Assembly: GCF_006345805.1 (NCBI RefSeq)
Contig: NC_042997.1
Span: 10,106,001-10,170,000, forward strand
Reading direction: 5' to 3'
Length of the DNA stretch: 64,000 bases
Origin: Octopus sinensis
Lineage: Eukaryota
Part shown: positions 13,047 through 24,441 of the stretch, piece by piece
How positions within the stretch are numbered: position 1 is the stretch's first letter
How the letters are laid out: every line of letters begins with the position of its first letter
Made by a program: the position numbers and the translations under genes
Notes under the pieces: model-generated
Database searches by the model: none
Seen by the model: the letters and a program-made list of their open reading frames with translations, nothing else
Told to the model about the DNA's origin: nothing

Positions 13047-14145
13047 GAAATGGGAATAATCAAATAGATGTTATTCATGTTTGTCTTTGTCATGTTCAAG
13101 TTATTTTATGTACATGTGATGTTCAGTAGAGTATAGAGTTTTACGCTAATTTAATGTACTAATGTGTCTACATTTACGGTAATTTAAGGTATGAAAATAC
13201 ATATTAAGCAAAAAATGAAATCTTAAAAAAAGCATGTTAATATTTACATAATCTGCAACAAATAATCACTGATAGCTGCCTCTTCATAGAAAGAAATCGC
13301 TCCAGCCTACAGCGACAGCATTAAAATTGACGCTGATAAAATCGACAGACAACTGAGTATTCGAAACTGAAGACAATAAAATTTATGCTGACGAAGGAGA
13401 ATTTTAGCTTGATTTTGAGAGGACTGAGGTTGATAATGGAGTTAATAGGAAAATCCTATACGCACATATACTCACTCACTCGCTCATACACGCACACATA
13501 CACACCGTACGAACGCACGCATGTATGTATGTACGTTTCTGTGTATGCTTGTTTCTGGACAAGAATGTACATGTGTGTACGCATGTGCTTACTCGGATAA
13601 ACTCTCCTGCTCAGTATAATTCAGACATAAATTGTATTCGTGCTTTAGCTACATTAATTAATTTATTAAGTTTTATTCTTAGTTATGCATTGTTGTCTGC
13701 CAACTTTGCTGTTATCATAAATTATATTGTTGGCTTTTGTAACGTACTCGTATTTTGTTTACAGTAGCAAACAGATTACTCTTATCTTACACATATAACA
13801 CTTTTATGATTTTTGCTTTCTTTTTTCAGATCCTGTTGTGCTAGTTTACGATTCTTGTGCAGTACGTTTTTATATTTGTGTTTTTATATCTCTTTTCACA
13901 ACGTTCACACCTGAATATGTCTCGGAGTTTGTTTTCAATATTTTATTATACTTTAATTACCAAGAATCTCCAGAGACTGATAAAGTAATTCAAGTTTGCC
14001 TTTCTTTAAATTTTGGTCATCTTTTCAATTTCGATTCAAAATAGAGGAAGTTAGTGACGAAAGAGAGAGGTATAATTATGCCTGCTACATTTTTATGATG
14101 TGATTATTTAGGAAATTTGTATGTAGATACATAGGTAAGGAAATT

Positions 14146-14250
14146 GCACAGCCTAGTGGTTAGGATGTTGAACTTACTATCATAAGGTCATGGATTCGAT
14201 TCCTGGTTCGGGTGACGAGTTGTGTCCTTGTCAAAGTGTTTCATTTCTCG
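14146..14250 (+). mobile_element. degenerate tRNA-headed SINE 5' part
   Basis: GCACAGCCTAGTGGTTAGG...GGATTCGATTCC (A/B box-like) followed by TTGTGTCCTTG, similar to 44767-45021 read on the minus strand. Confidence 0.5.
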
Positions 14251-14399
14251 TAAGTCTACTCTATGCGGCCGAAACAGTACAATTCTAGTCGGGTTAAGCC
14301 TTCTCGCTCTCTTTTTCTTTCTTAGTTTTCGGATGGTATCGTTTCTGCTGGCGACATCACTTTGGAAGGAGATAAATTATTTTGTTACATGATGTAACG

Positions 14400-15250
14400 G
14401 TGGTCACTTTAGAAATCGTCAGCTCCTCTCATGACGAATCTTAGGTCCGGTGTACAGCTTTGCCATCGCAAATCAAGTTTATATGTCAAGGCTTAGATTG
14501 TGGGCACTGACAGAAACCTTTAAATCTATATCATTGCCGGAATAGTGTATTAAACTGTTCCCCTCATATTTAGTTATAATTAGACCTGTAGCTCAGTCAA
14601 CCTTTCCTATTTCATCTTTTCTAGCTGTGCCATTTGAAAGGTTCAAATCTGACATATCTGTTACTGAAGTTGCCCATCAAAATGATTTTGTCATATTTTG
14701 TTATTCAGGATAAGAAACAATAAATTGACCGAAAATTCTTTGTTAACTGCCGTGTTTGCATCAGATGTGTGCGCGTATATAATGGTGATTGTTATGCATC
14801 TCTTAGAGCTAGCAAGCTTTAAGTGGACAACCATCAATTTTTCATTTATGCCGTTAACTAATTTGTGCAATGTGTCGACCAGGTCATTGCAGGATGTAAA
14901 GAAAGTATCTGCCACTTTTCTGGTAATGTTTCCTCCCAAGGTACGGTTTATCCGCTATGTTCCGTCAGCTGTCTTTCATCAGCTAGCTTTGTCTCACTAT
15001 GTTCAATACCGAAAGTTCGAAGATTAAATGTTATATGTTTTTCTTCCACGCACTAAGATGTAACCTTACTGGGTAAAGGAATCTAGTTGTAAATCTTTTT
15101 TATGATTTTCCTAATACTGGATAAGAAGAACAGATCCTACACTTTCGCTTCGGTTCAAAGTAATTTCAATTATCAAACAGCATCCAGCCCCGATATATTT
15201 CATGATACATGACTCCAGTTGTTATAATCCCCTTCCTGTTAACATCACAT
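14400..15250 (-). mobile_element. degenerate LINE apurinic endonuclease (APE) relic
   Basis: NGINEKLMVVHLKLASSKRCITITIIYAHTSDA (cf. NERL...ITII.VYAPTSD) followed by IILMGNFSN (GDFN motif); many stops; boundaries approximate. Confidence 0.6.
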
Positions 15251-16221
15251 TATTGCTGTAGGGCTTTGTGTGATGAAATGAATCTAGGAAACGCGTATTC
15301 CTGTCTTTTTAACATGAAGAAGTCGTTGTACGTTTGTCTCATCTGAATCGTGGGGGGTTCCAATACAACTGAAGGTACCGAACTGTGACAGTCATCCTCT
15401 TCCTTGAGAGCCATGGAAGTTATAAAATAAGCAACAGGATATCAAGAGGTGATGCAGTACGACCGTTTCAAGTGGCTCCATTTAATTAAACAGTGCTTTC
15501 ATTACATTAATTTAAATGCAGGGATATCCTCAGCTGCATAAATAAATATAATTTTTTTACTCAGTTGGACATATTATTATAATTTTACTCAAATTCTCTA
15601 ATAGAGCAAGAAGAGGGGGAAAGTCCATGTTGCTACTAATGCGACTCAGAAAATACTACACTTCTAAGAACTCTATGGAGTCTGTTAGGGTCATAGCTTG
15701 TAAATGATTGTGGTTCACTCTTGATTTATTAGTCTTTTTATCAAGTACTAAATCTAAGGCTAGAATGGATAGACAGAGTGAGTTGATAGTTTATAGCTGG
15801 GTATGGTCATAAATATTGTTAGGATTTTAGAAAATGAATAAGTAATCGTCTATAAAGGAGGCTGAGTAGGGGAAGACCCTAAATCAAGATGTTAATTACA
15901 AAGTTAAAGGGGCAAGACGCTAATAAAACCTATGATGTTCATACAGAAGAAATTATTATGGTGTACAATGGATGATTGTATATAAACATGAAGATAAAAT
16001 TTGAGATTAATAGAAATGATATTATAACCAGAATAGATAAACTGTGTATATATACCAATTAGAAAGGGAAGATTACATAGAATTATTTTGATATTCATAC
16101 GTGTACTTAATTTCTCCCTCTTCTTGCACTATTAGAGAATTTGAGTAAAATTATATTAATGTGTTCAGCTGATTAAAACAATTCTATTTATTTCTACATT
16201 ATTTTTTCTTTTATTTTATTT

Positions 16222-16410
16222 GTTTCAGTCATTTGACTGTGGCCATGCTGGAGCACCGCCTTTAGTCGAACACATCGATCCCAAGACTTATTCTTTGTAA
16301 GCCTAGTACTTATTCTATTGGTCTCTTTTGTCGAACCTCTAAGTTACAAGGACGTGAACACACCAACATTGGTTGTCAAGCAATGGTGGGAGGACAAACA
16401 CAGACACACA
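16222..16410 (-). mobile_element. SINE 3' part (48446 family)
   Basis: Reverse complement of ...GGCGGTGCTCCAGCATGGCC.CAGTCAAATGACTGAAAC seen at 48660-48840. Confidence 0.8.
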
Positions 16411-16615
16411 TACATGCACACACACATATATATGCATACATATATATATTGATAGACAGACAGACAGACAGACAGACAATCAGTCAGACAGGTAGACAGA
16501 TAGATAGATGCATAAATAAATAGATAGACAGAAAGACATGTAGACATGTATGTATGAACATTATCTATGTGTATGAAGATGTGAGCATATACATAATAAC
16601 ATGCATGTATCTGTA

Positions 16616-16658
<43 letters not shown>

Positions 16659-16659
16659 G

Positions 16660-16952
16660 TAGGCCAGGCTCTCCGTCGGTTATGACGACTATTGTTCCAG
16701 TCGAATCGATCAGCGGAATACCCTGTGCGTAAAATTTGGGTGCGAGTGCCTGAACACTCCAGTGACACGCATACACTTAATGTAATTCTCAGGTTGATTC
16801 AACGTGACACAGATGTGTCAAGGTTAGACCCTTTGAATGGACTGGAACAACGTGAAATAAAGAAGTGTCTTTTGCACAAGAACACAACGTGATGCCGGTA
16901 TTCGAACTCACGACATTACGATCGTAAGCTGAATACGCTAACTACTAAGCCA
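16660..16952 (-). mobile_element. SINE, head type 2 + tail type A
   Basis: Minus: tRNA-like head, GTGTTCTTGTGCAAAAGACACTT core, tail GGAGTGTTCAGGCACTCGCAC...GTCGTCATAACCGACGGAGAG. Confidence 0.7.
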
Positions 16953-17009
16953 TATGTTTATGTGTGTCCATATATGTGTGCGCGTGTGTGTACATGTGTG
17001 TATACCTGT

Positions 17010-17215
17010 GTTTGTCGCCCACCAAACACTTGACAACCGGCGCTGGTATGTTTACATCCCCGTAACCTTAGCGTTTCGGCTAAAAAGACAGATGGAAAAA
17101 TCACTAAGCTTAAAAGAAAAATAAGTACTGGAGGTCGATTTGTTCGATTAAAAATGTTCAAGGTGCTGCCCCAGTATGACATGACGGCAGTCTAATGACT
17201 GTAATAAAATACTAA
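17010..17215 (+). mobile_element. SINE 3' part (48446 family)
   Basis: CTTGACAACCGGCGCTGGTATGTTTACATCCCCGTAACCTTAGCG...GGTGCTGCCCCAGTATG. Confidence 0.7.
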
Positions 17216-17218
17216 AGG

Positions 17219-17312
<94 letters not shown>

Positions 17313-17315
<3 letters not shown>

Positions 17316-17630
17316 AGGCGCAATGGCCCAGTGGTTAGGGCAGCGAACTTGCGGTCGGAGGATCGCGGTTTCGATTCCCAGACCTGGCGTTGTGTGTGTT
17401 TATTGAGCGAAAACACTTAAAAGCTCCACGAGGCTCTAGGCTTACTCCGGCAGGGGGTGGTGGCGACCCCTGTTGTACTCTTTCGCCACAACTTTCTCTC
17501 ACTCTCTCTTCCTGTTTCTTGAGTAACGCTGCGATGGACTGGCGTCCCGTCCAGCTGGGGGGAACATATACGCCACAGAAACCGGGAAACCGGGACCATG
17601 AGCTTGGCTAGGCTTGAAAAGGGCGACGTT
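17313..17630 (+). mobile_element. tRNA-derived SINE, head type 1 + tail type B
   Basis: GGAGGCGCAATGGCCCAGTGGTTAGGGCAGCG...GGTTTCGATTCCC head; tail GCTGCGATGGACTGGCGTCCCGTCCAG...GAAACCGGGAAACCGGG. Confidence 0.85.
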
Positions 17631-19229
17631 TTATATAAATGTACAGAGAAAAAGAGAAAGCGAGAGACAGACAGACAGACAGATAGACAGAAACAGACAG
17701 ACAAGCAGAGAAACAGATAGACAGACTGATGGACAGACGGACGGAAGGTCGGGCGGACGGATGGACTGAAAGAAGGATAAGTAAATAAGAAGTGAAGTAG
17801 CGATTGGCAAAAGACCATTAACAATGCCATGCGACACAGTTGATTAAATTGTCTCCGGTACTTGACGGTTAACTATTTTATTGACACGCGGAAGAATAAA
17901 ATATACAGCGAACCCCGACGGCATTTGGACTCGGATTATAAAGAGACCTGATTAAACAGAGTAACAGTAAACCATGCTCTATCGATTATACAATTCTCTG
18001 CTTTTGTATTTCTTGTAATAATACAGTACCGTGGGTCAGCGGAAATGTATACTTACAGTTTAGTTACAGAAAGTAAACATGATTTCATAAAGCCTATTAC
18101 GTAACAGGAATATTAATATTCGAGGTGATAATTAAATATGAAATGGCTGTATATCGACAGGTTTCAAGTGATTGACATTAGGGTAACTCTGATCGCGTAG
18201 GTTCGTTTCTAATTAACTATAGTGGAATGTGTAAATGATAAAAGCAAATACAAGAATGTGAAAATTCGTGTTGACTGTCATGTACAGTACATTAGCTTAG
18301 TCACGTATTTTATGTGAATGTTAAAGGAAAGCAGAGAGAGGCGGGGATTGAGCGAGAAGTATATGGCTCTTACATTGAAATAGATTGTACATTTTGAACT
18401 GAGCAGCACCGAGGGAGATTCATCTAAATAAAATCGATAACGCTAATGCATATGTGTGTGTGTGTGCTTGTGTGTATGTGTGTGTGTGTGTGTGAATATA
18501 TGTGTATGCATGTATATGTGTGTGTGAGTGTGTGTATATATATATATATGTATGAATGGATGTTTGTATATATGTATATGTCAGTACATATATGCATGTA
18601 TACATTTTTATGCATAAAAAGACAGACTGTGTATATATGACTGTATATATGTATGAAAATAGCGCATGCACACACATACATATATATGCGAGTAAATGTG
18701 TATGTTTATGTATGTGTGTGTGTCTGTGTATCTGCGTGTGTCTGTGTGTGTCTGTGTGACTGTTAGATTGGGAACAAATATTTCAACCATTAAATACCAT
18801 ACAAAACTCTTATATCCACGTCTCATTATTTCTTAGTTGCCACCTGGTCACTGACATAATTCTACTGTATAACATACTTTACTGTTTAAAAGGACACGGA
18901 AAGTGAAAATAACAATATTTTGCGATCTTAAATGGAACGAAGGAATCTTCTACGAAGCATTTCTTTCAGATGTAACGAATGGTCTCGCATCGAGACCATT
19001 CGTTAAACAACTTCGAAACACACACATGGACACGCACACACAGAACCACACATAAACATACGCAACCACAAACACCTCAACACTCACACACACATACAAA
19101 CACAAACACACACACACAAAACTGCACATACAACTGCATACACAACTACACACACACGCACACGTACATGGTTGGTCTTTTTCATTATTGGTCAATAATA
19201 TTATTGCGAGAATAACTTACTTAATCACC

Positions 19230-19800
19230 TCTGCTATGCGTGTGTTGTTTCCAGAAGCAAGTGTTTTGCTCGAAGTCTCCAAGTACATTTAACACCTCTC
19301 TGCTCATGGATACGCCACAAATAAAAGACAAGTCAATACGTTGGCTGCATTTAATGAGTCGCAGGTGATGCCAGATAGTGGTTAAGTATAACCATACTTT
19401 ACGGTACCACCTCCGGATTTTCTGGAGGAGTTTACTCACGTATCCTTCTTGAAATGTTCACTAAATTCCCAACAAGTCAGGAGGCTTATATTATTATGTG
19501 CAAATCCTACGCTCTCGTCCTTCAGACATGTATTGAGTTTGTGCCACAAATGCCATGAGCCTAGTAGTTATCAGGATGCAGGATTTCTATGGAGTTATAT
19601 TCTGTTAGATGAGCAGTTGAAGAGTTGAAGGGCAGTAGCTTTTCTGCGCCCGTTAGGGTGTCTATGAAGGATTTTCAAGTGAAGGCAGTTTTATTACGTG
19701 CTAAATAATCCACAGCTGAGTTCCTAAGAGGTGTTGTTGGTATGAACAGGAATAGACCTGGAAACAGTAGTGGGTCAGATGTGGTTCAACATATCCCAAA
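19230..19800 (-). mobile_element. degenerate LINE APE relic
   Basis: ESVGFAHNNI (cf. GVGFAI.N) and VLNVLGDF (GDFN) motifs in broken frames. Confidence 0.45.
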
Positions 19801-19974
19801 CCTCTGGTACTCCCGAGCCAGGGGCGCACTTCAGGGTGCAGTTATATGTTATACCCAAGACAATGCGCACACATATATGCATACATGCACACACACATAC
19901 ACACACACTCACACACACATGTACGTACGTATGTATGTATGTATGTATGTATGCATGTATGTATGCATGCATGT

Positions 19975-20470
19975 AGAAACCCTTACTTCGAATCGAGTTG
20001 GATGGCGAACAAAGGTGTGGAGTGGAGTGAAAGCATTTGAAGAGGCCAGGATTACGCAAGTAAGACTCAAAAGTGATCTAAGGAAGAATGTAACGATCGA
20101 GAAGGTGAATGACAATGACCTTTTTGTGTGCACCGTCTGTGACAGACCATGCCTCTCTTTTGCTGGGTTCAAATCTCATTTGCGAACGCATGGAAAATGA
20201 ACCTCTACCAACTATTCTGCCTATATGTCGGTGCACACCTTTGAATGCAATGTATGCCAGAAGGTTTGCAAATCCAACAGAGGCCACAAACGACATTTTA
20301 AGATCCACAAAGAGCAGAACTTATCTGCATGTCTTGGTGGTCCAAATCGGAGGTGCGATCTATGTGGATGTCTTTTCAGAACATTGTCTGGTTTAAAAAG
20401 CCACATCAGATGCCATGATGGTGTTAAGGTGTAAGTACAATGGCCAAACTCTGCATAAGTAGACGACCAC
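19975..20470 (+). mobile_element. 5'-truncated RTE-type LINE 3' end with three C2H2 zinc fingers
   Basis: NRVGWRTKVWSGVKAFEEAR (RTE C-terminus), then CTVC-x12-HLRTH, in-frame TGA at 20198, CNVC-x12-HFKIH, CDLC-x12-HIRCH; (TATG)n on both sides. Confidence 0.8.
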
Positions 20471-21230
20471 CATGTATGTATGCATGTATGTACGTATGTA
20501 TGTATGTATGTATGTATGTATGTATGTATGTATGTATGTATGTATGTATGTATGTATGCATGCATGCATGCATGCATGTATGTATGTATGTATGTATGTA
20601 TGTATGTATGTATGTATGCATGTATGTAAGATTGTATGTATGTGAACTACAGTGTCAGAATTAGTAATATCAGGAAATATAGTATAAACACAATAACCAT
20701 AATTTAACTTTTATAAGATTGTCTGCAGCTTATGCAAAATTTTAAAATGAATATTAATTTTTAAGAGAAGAATATTTTATTACCTTAAAATAAAATTAAC
20801 AGTAATAATATTCAAAAAATAAATAAAGTACTTTCTGTATTGATTTTATGTTATAGTTCACATACACACTCACCCACTCTCTCTACTTCTGTGTGTGTGT
20901 GTGTGTGTGCTTCCTCTTCATCACATTCTCCTGCTACTATTATCACGAAGGTTCTTTCTCTCGCACTGTGTGTGTATCGTTCATTTACTTAATGTCTGCC
21001 ACCAAGCGTAGTATGTGCGCACATCATGCACTTTTAAATTTTAACTCTCTCTCTATCCCCTCTCACTTTGTACCTTTCTTTTAAATCTTTCTTCTCTTAT
21101 TCTTATACACTGTAAATCAAGAGTGGAGAAATCAGACAGCCAACATTTATATCGGATATTATTACTATTATTATTATTATTATTATTATTATGATCATCA
21201 CCATCATCATCATCATCATCATTATTATTA

Positions 21231-21440
21231 AGGCGATGAGTTGGCAGAATCGTTTGCACGCCCGGCGAAATGCTTAGCGGCATTTCGTCCATCGTTGCGT
21301 TCTGAGTTCAAGTTCCGCCCAGGTCGACTTTGCCTTTCATCATTTCGGGATCGATACAATAAGTACTGGCTCGGCACTATGATTGATGTAATCGACAAGC
21401 TCGTGCCCTAAAATTGGTGGCCTTGTGCCAAAATTTGAAA
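21231..21440 (+). mobile_element. SINE (GTCGACTTTGCC family), near full length
   Basis: AGGCGATGAGTTGGCAGAATCG...GGCCTTGTGCCAAAATTTGAAAC. Confidence 0.85.
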
Positions 21441-21446
21441 CTATTA

Positions 21447-21449
21447 TAA

Positions 21450-21489
<40 letters not shown>

Positions 21490-21511
21490 GATTATGATTA
21501 TTATTATTATG

Positions 21512-21571
<60 letters not shown>

Positions 21572-21572
21572 A
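21447..21572. repeat. (ATT/TAA)n microsatellite
   Basis: Direct reading. Confidence 0.95.
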
Positions 21573-21574
21573 GT

Positions 21575-22387
21575 TTGACTTTTGCTTCGTATTTGAGTTC
21601 TCACCCCGAGACCTCAAGAGACAACAAGTTGTTCATGTTGGTGTTATGCCTAGAGTGTCATATATTTGGTTTTGCACATAGTATTTTTCTACAGAATATT
21701 TAAGAAAACAGAAAATCCTGAATTTGTTTTAAAATTTGAGATTTTATGGACAATATTTTATGTAGAATATGGGCAGTTCCCATGATCACTATCTTTTGAA
21801 TTTTTGTCATTTTGGGGTTTCCTGGTATCTGAGCTATGTAAGAATCAGTCCCTTTTGCTATCATTCCTAAGGCACCTATGACAACAGGTACTGTTTTAGA
21901 CTTGAGGTTCCACAGTTTGACAATTTCTATTTCAAGATCTTTATACTTGCTCAGTTTTGGGTAGGTCTTGGCAGATACGTTTATATCGACTGGAACAGTC
22001 ATATCAATGAGGAGGCATGATTTTTGTCTGAAGTCTTTCAATATAATTTCTGGCCTATTGGCATCTATCTTTCTGTCAGTTTGGATTGGTGAACTTCCAG
22101 AGAAGTGAGGTGAGATAATTTTCCAGCACCAGAGGTGGTTTGTGTTCCCACCAGTTTTTATCATGGGGCAGGTCCATGTTTTTTTGCAAATTACCCAGTA
22201 AATATATAGTGCTGCTCTATCATGCCTGTTGGGATACTCTGTAGGCGTAAGGTGACTGCGCATGGAGACAACATGACAAATGGTTTCATTTTGTTGTTGA
22301 CATACACGACATGTTGGGTAGCTGCCGTTCTTTAATATGTTGGCGTGGGAATTGATCTTGGGAACCTATGATAAACCCTTCTGTTTC
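21575..22387 (-). mobile_element. R4/Dong-like non-LTR retrotransposon 3' end: CCHC knuckle and restriction-like endonuclease
   Basis: ETEGFIIGSQDQ; CRVCQQQNETICHVVS..NRHD; ORF 21700-22263 with NRPEIILKDF...LIDMTVP...KYKDL...VPVVIGALG; 3' end abuts (TAA)n. Confidence 0.85.
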
Positions 22388-22478
22388 TACAGTTCTATAT
22401 TTAAGAGATGAGAAATTATGTGCATTATTTACATTATTTTACATTCAACGAATATTTGTCCTCATCTTGTTTGTTGTT

Positions 22479-22524
22479 AACACAACATTTCGGCTGATAT
22501 ACCTTCCAGTCTTCTTCAGGGGTC
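22479..22524 (-). ncRNA. minimal type I hammerhead motif (partly mutated)
   Basis: Minus: GACCC-CTGAAGA-A-GACTG-GAAGGTATAT-CAGCC-GAAAT-GTT-GTGTT. Confidence 0.55.
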
Positions 22525-22553
22525 TTTCGAACCCAGGTTCGAAATTACCCCAA

Positions 22554-22599
22554 GACACCTGAAGAAGGCTGAAGTGTATATCAGCCGAAACTTTGTGTT
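22554..22599 (+). ncRNA. minimal type I hammerhead motif (stem III mutated)
   Basis: GACAC-CTGAAGA-A-GGCTGA-AGTGTATA-TCAGCC-GAAAC-TTT-GTGTT. Confidence 0.6.
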
Positions 22600-22628
22600 A
22601 ACAACAAACAAAATGAGGACAAATATCC

Positions 22629-23125
22629 TGATTCTCTTCTGATCCTTCCCTCATCACTAAATGATTGATTCCGTCCCATTCAAATACCCCTAGGTATTTG
22701 TATTTCTCCGCTGGTTCTAACTCCTTTTATGACATTCTGCTGGTCAAGATTAATGTTGGATCCTTCTAACATTTTCCCTTTGATAAAGATATATTTTGCA
22801 TATTTATCGAAGCCAAATTGCATCCTGATGTCATTACTGAATTGCTTAACAATTGCTAGTAAGTCCTGTAGTTGTTAGTCATTTTTGCAAAGAGCTTTGA
22901 ATCATCCATGCAAATGAGATGATTTATATTTGTATCAAACATTTTATAGCCGTATTGTACACCACCGAGCAATTTCGAGAGAAGCATTAAAGCTAGACAA
23001 AAGAGGAGTGATGGTAGAGTCATCCTAGAAAATGCCACACTTCTGATATTAATGTTTTCATCACTTGGCACTGCTGTAAAGTCAATTATCTGGTACATTC
23101 TATTCTCTTTATCTACAACTACCAA
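22629..23125 (-). mobile_element. R4/Dong-like RT fragment
   Basis: GVQYGYKMFDTNINHLICMDDSKLFAK (YMDD-type motif), MQFGFDKYAK, EKYKYLGVFE. Confidence 0.8.
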
Positions 23126-23774
23126 ATTAGGCCTTCATACACTCGTGTATTTGTATACATATATGTACAAATGTATATCTATATACATATGTCTGTCAAT
23201 TCAAATAAATAATCAATTCAAATAAACGAATAATAAAATTAAAAATAACAGACAGCAATAGGACGTGCACAGGGAATGTATTAGTTGGTCGCTCAGTAAA
23301 AGGAGTGTTTGACGTTTCAAGCAAAGCTCTTCACCAGAAAGGAGAAAGCGCAAAGTCCAAAGAAAGAAAAGAAAACACCTACAGCTCATATATATAAGTA
23401 TATACGTTCTTATGCATATGTATTATGTATGTGTATACTTTCCTCTCAAACTACTTATAAAATGTACCCAGCTTCACACTTTAGTTCTTGACATAATGTA
23501 ATAACGTGTTGATCCGCTGATGTAAAGCATGCAACTGCACTTATGACACCCACTGCAGAATCTCAAACAACCAGAATGGTACAGTGTGCGTTGGAACAAA
23601 TGATGTAAACGTGTGGTTATCTAACTTTCTCGCTCGCTTTTCTCATAACTTCCTCTCGCTACTCGAATTACTTGCTTTACGGCGTGGTTTACAGTTTGAG
23701 GAAGAGGGAAGCTGGAAGAGTAAGGGGGACTTTCGAACAAGTGGTGTGTTGTTCTTGACTAAGACAGCTTGGTT

Positions 23775-23950
23775 TACGAGGTGCATTCAAAAGTATTCGA
23801 CTTTATTTTTTAGGCGACACCCTCCGTGTGCACTAATACTCCGTTAAAACAGAATGAGCTTATTACTACTTCTTGAGTATCATTCTAGGATTGTTACACA
23901 ACGGTTTTTCATGACTGTTTGCCGAATCTTCTCAATTGGCTTCTCGTTTT
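23775..23950 (-). mobile_element. mariner relic (TIR-like end plus HTH fragment)
   Basis: TACGAGGTGCATTCAAAAGTATTCGACTTT terminus; minus frame IEKIRQTVMKNRCVTILE (cf. VEKVR.LI.EDRR.TIRE). Confidence 0.4.
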
Positions 23951-23960
23951 GTTTTGTGGA

Positions 23961-24020
23961 CTACATATGTGTACTCCGTACACTACATACGTGTACTCCG
24001 TGCACTACATATGTGTACTC
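23961..24020. repeat. 22-bp tandem repeat, about 2.7 units
   Basis: CTACATATGTGTACTCCGTACA / CTACATACGTGTACTCCGTGCA / CTACATATGTGTACTC. Confidence 0.9.
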
Positions 24021-24256
24021 TAAGCATAAAAGCCTACCGAAGCGAAATTCTTCGTATATATGCAGGAAGGATGGCGTCATATGATAGATCGCTAGCCACT
24101 ACACATTCTTCATCACATAGTGACAGAGTTAGCGAAAAAGAGGGGGGAAAACAACAATACATATCGTAGTCACTCGTCTAAGTCTCTTTGTGTGTTTGCA
24201 AAATTACTGCAAAACGGCTGAACGGAGGTTCGAACCCAGGTTCGAAATTTCCCCGA

Positions 24257-24302
24257 GACACCTGATGAAGGCTGATGGGTATATCAGCCGAAACGTTGTG
24301 TT
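24257..24302 (+). ncRNA. apparently intact minimal type I hammerhead ribozyme
   Basis: Stem I GACAC/GTGTT; core CTGATGA plus extra A; stem II GGCTGA/TCAGCC; GAAA; palindromic stem III ACGT; GUU cleavage triplet 24295-24297. Confidence 0.72.
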
Positions 24303-24345
24303 AATAATAAACAAGATGAGTACAAATATCCATCAATTTTAAATA

Positions 24346-24441
<96 letters not shown>

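Noticed and set aside
14326-14393. Exon-like FSDGIVSAGDITLEGDKLFCYM with AG/GT ends
   Set aside because: It lies at the edge of the minus-strand LINE APE relic and has a weak donor.
23961-24020. Direct repeats as a possible CRISPR-like array
   Set aside because: Contiguous 22-bp units without spacers in eukaryotic DNA.
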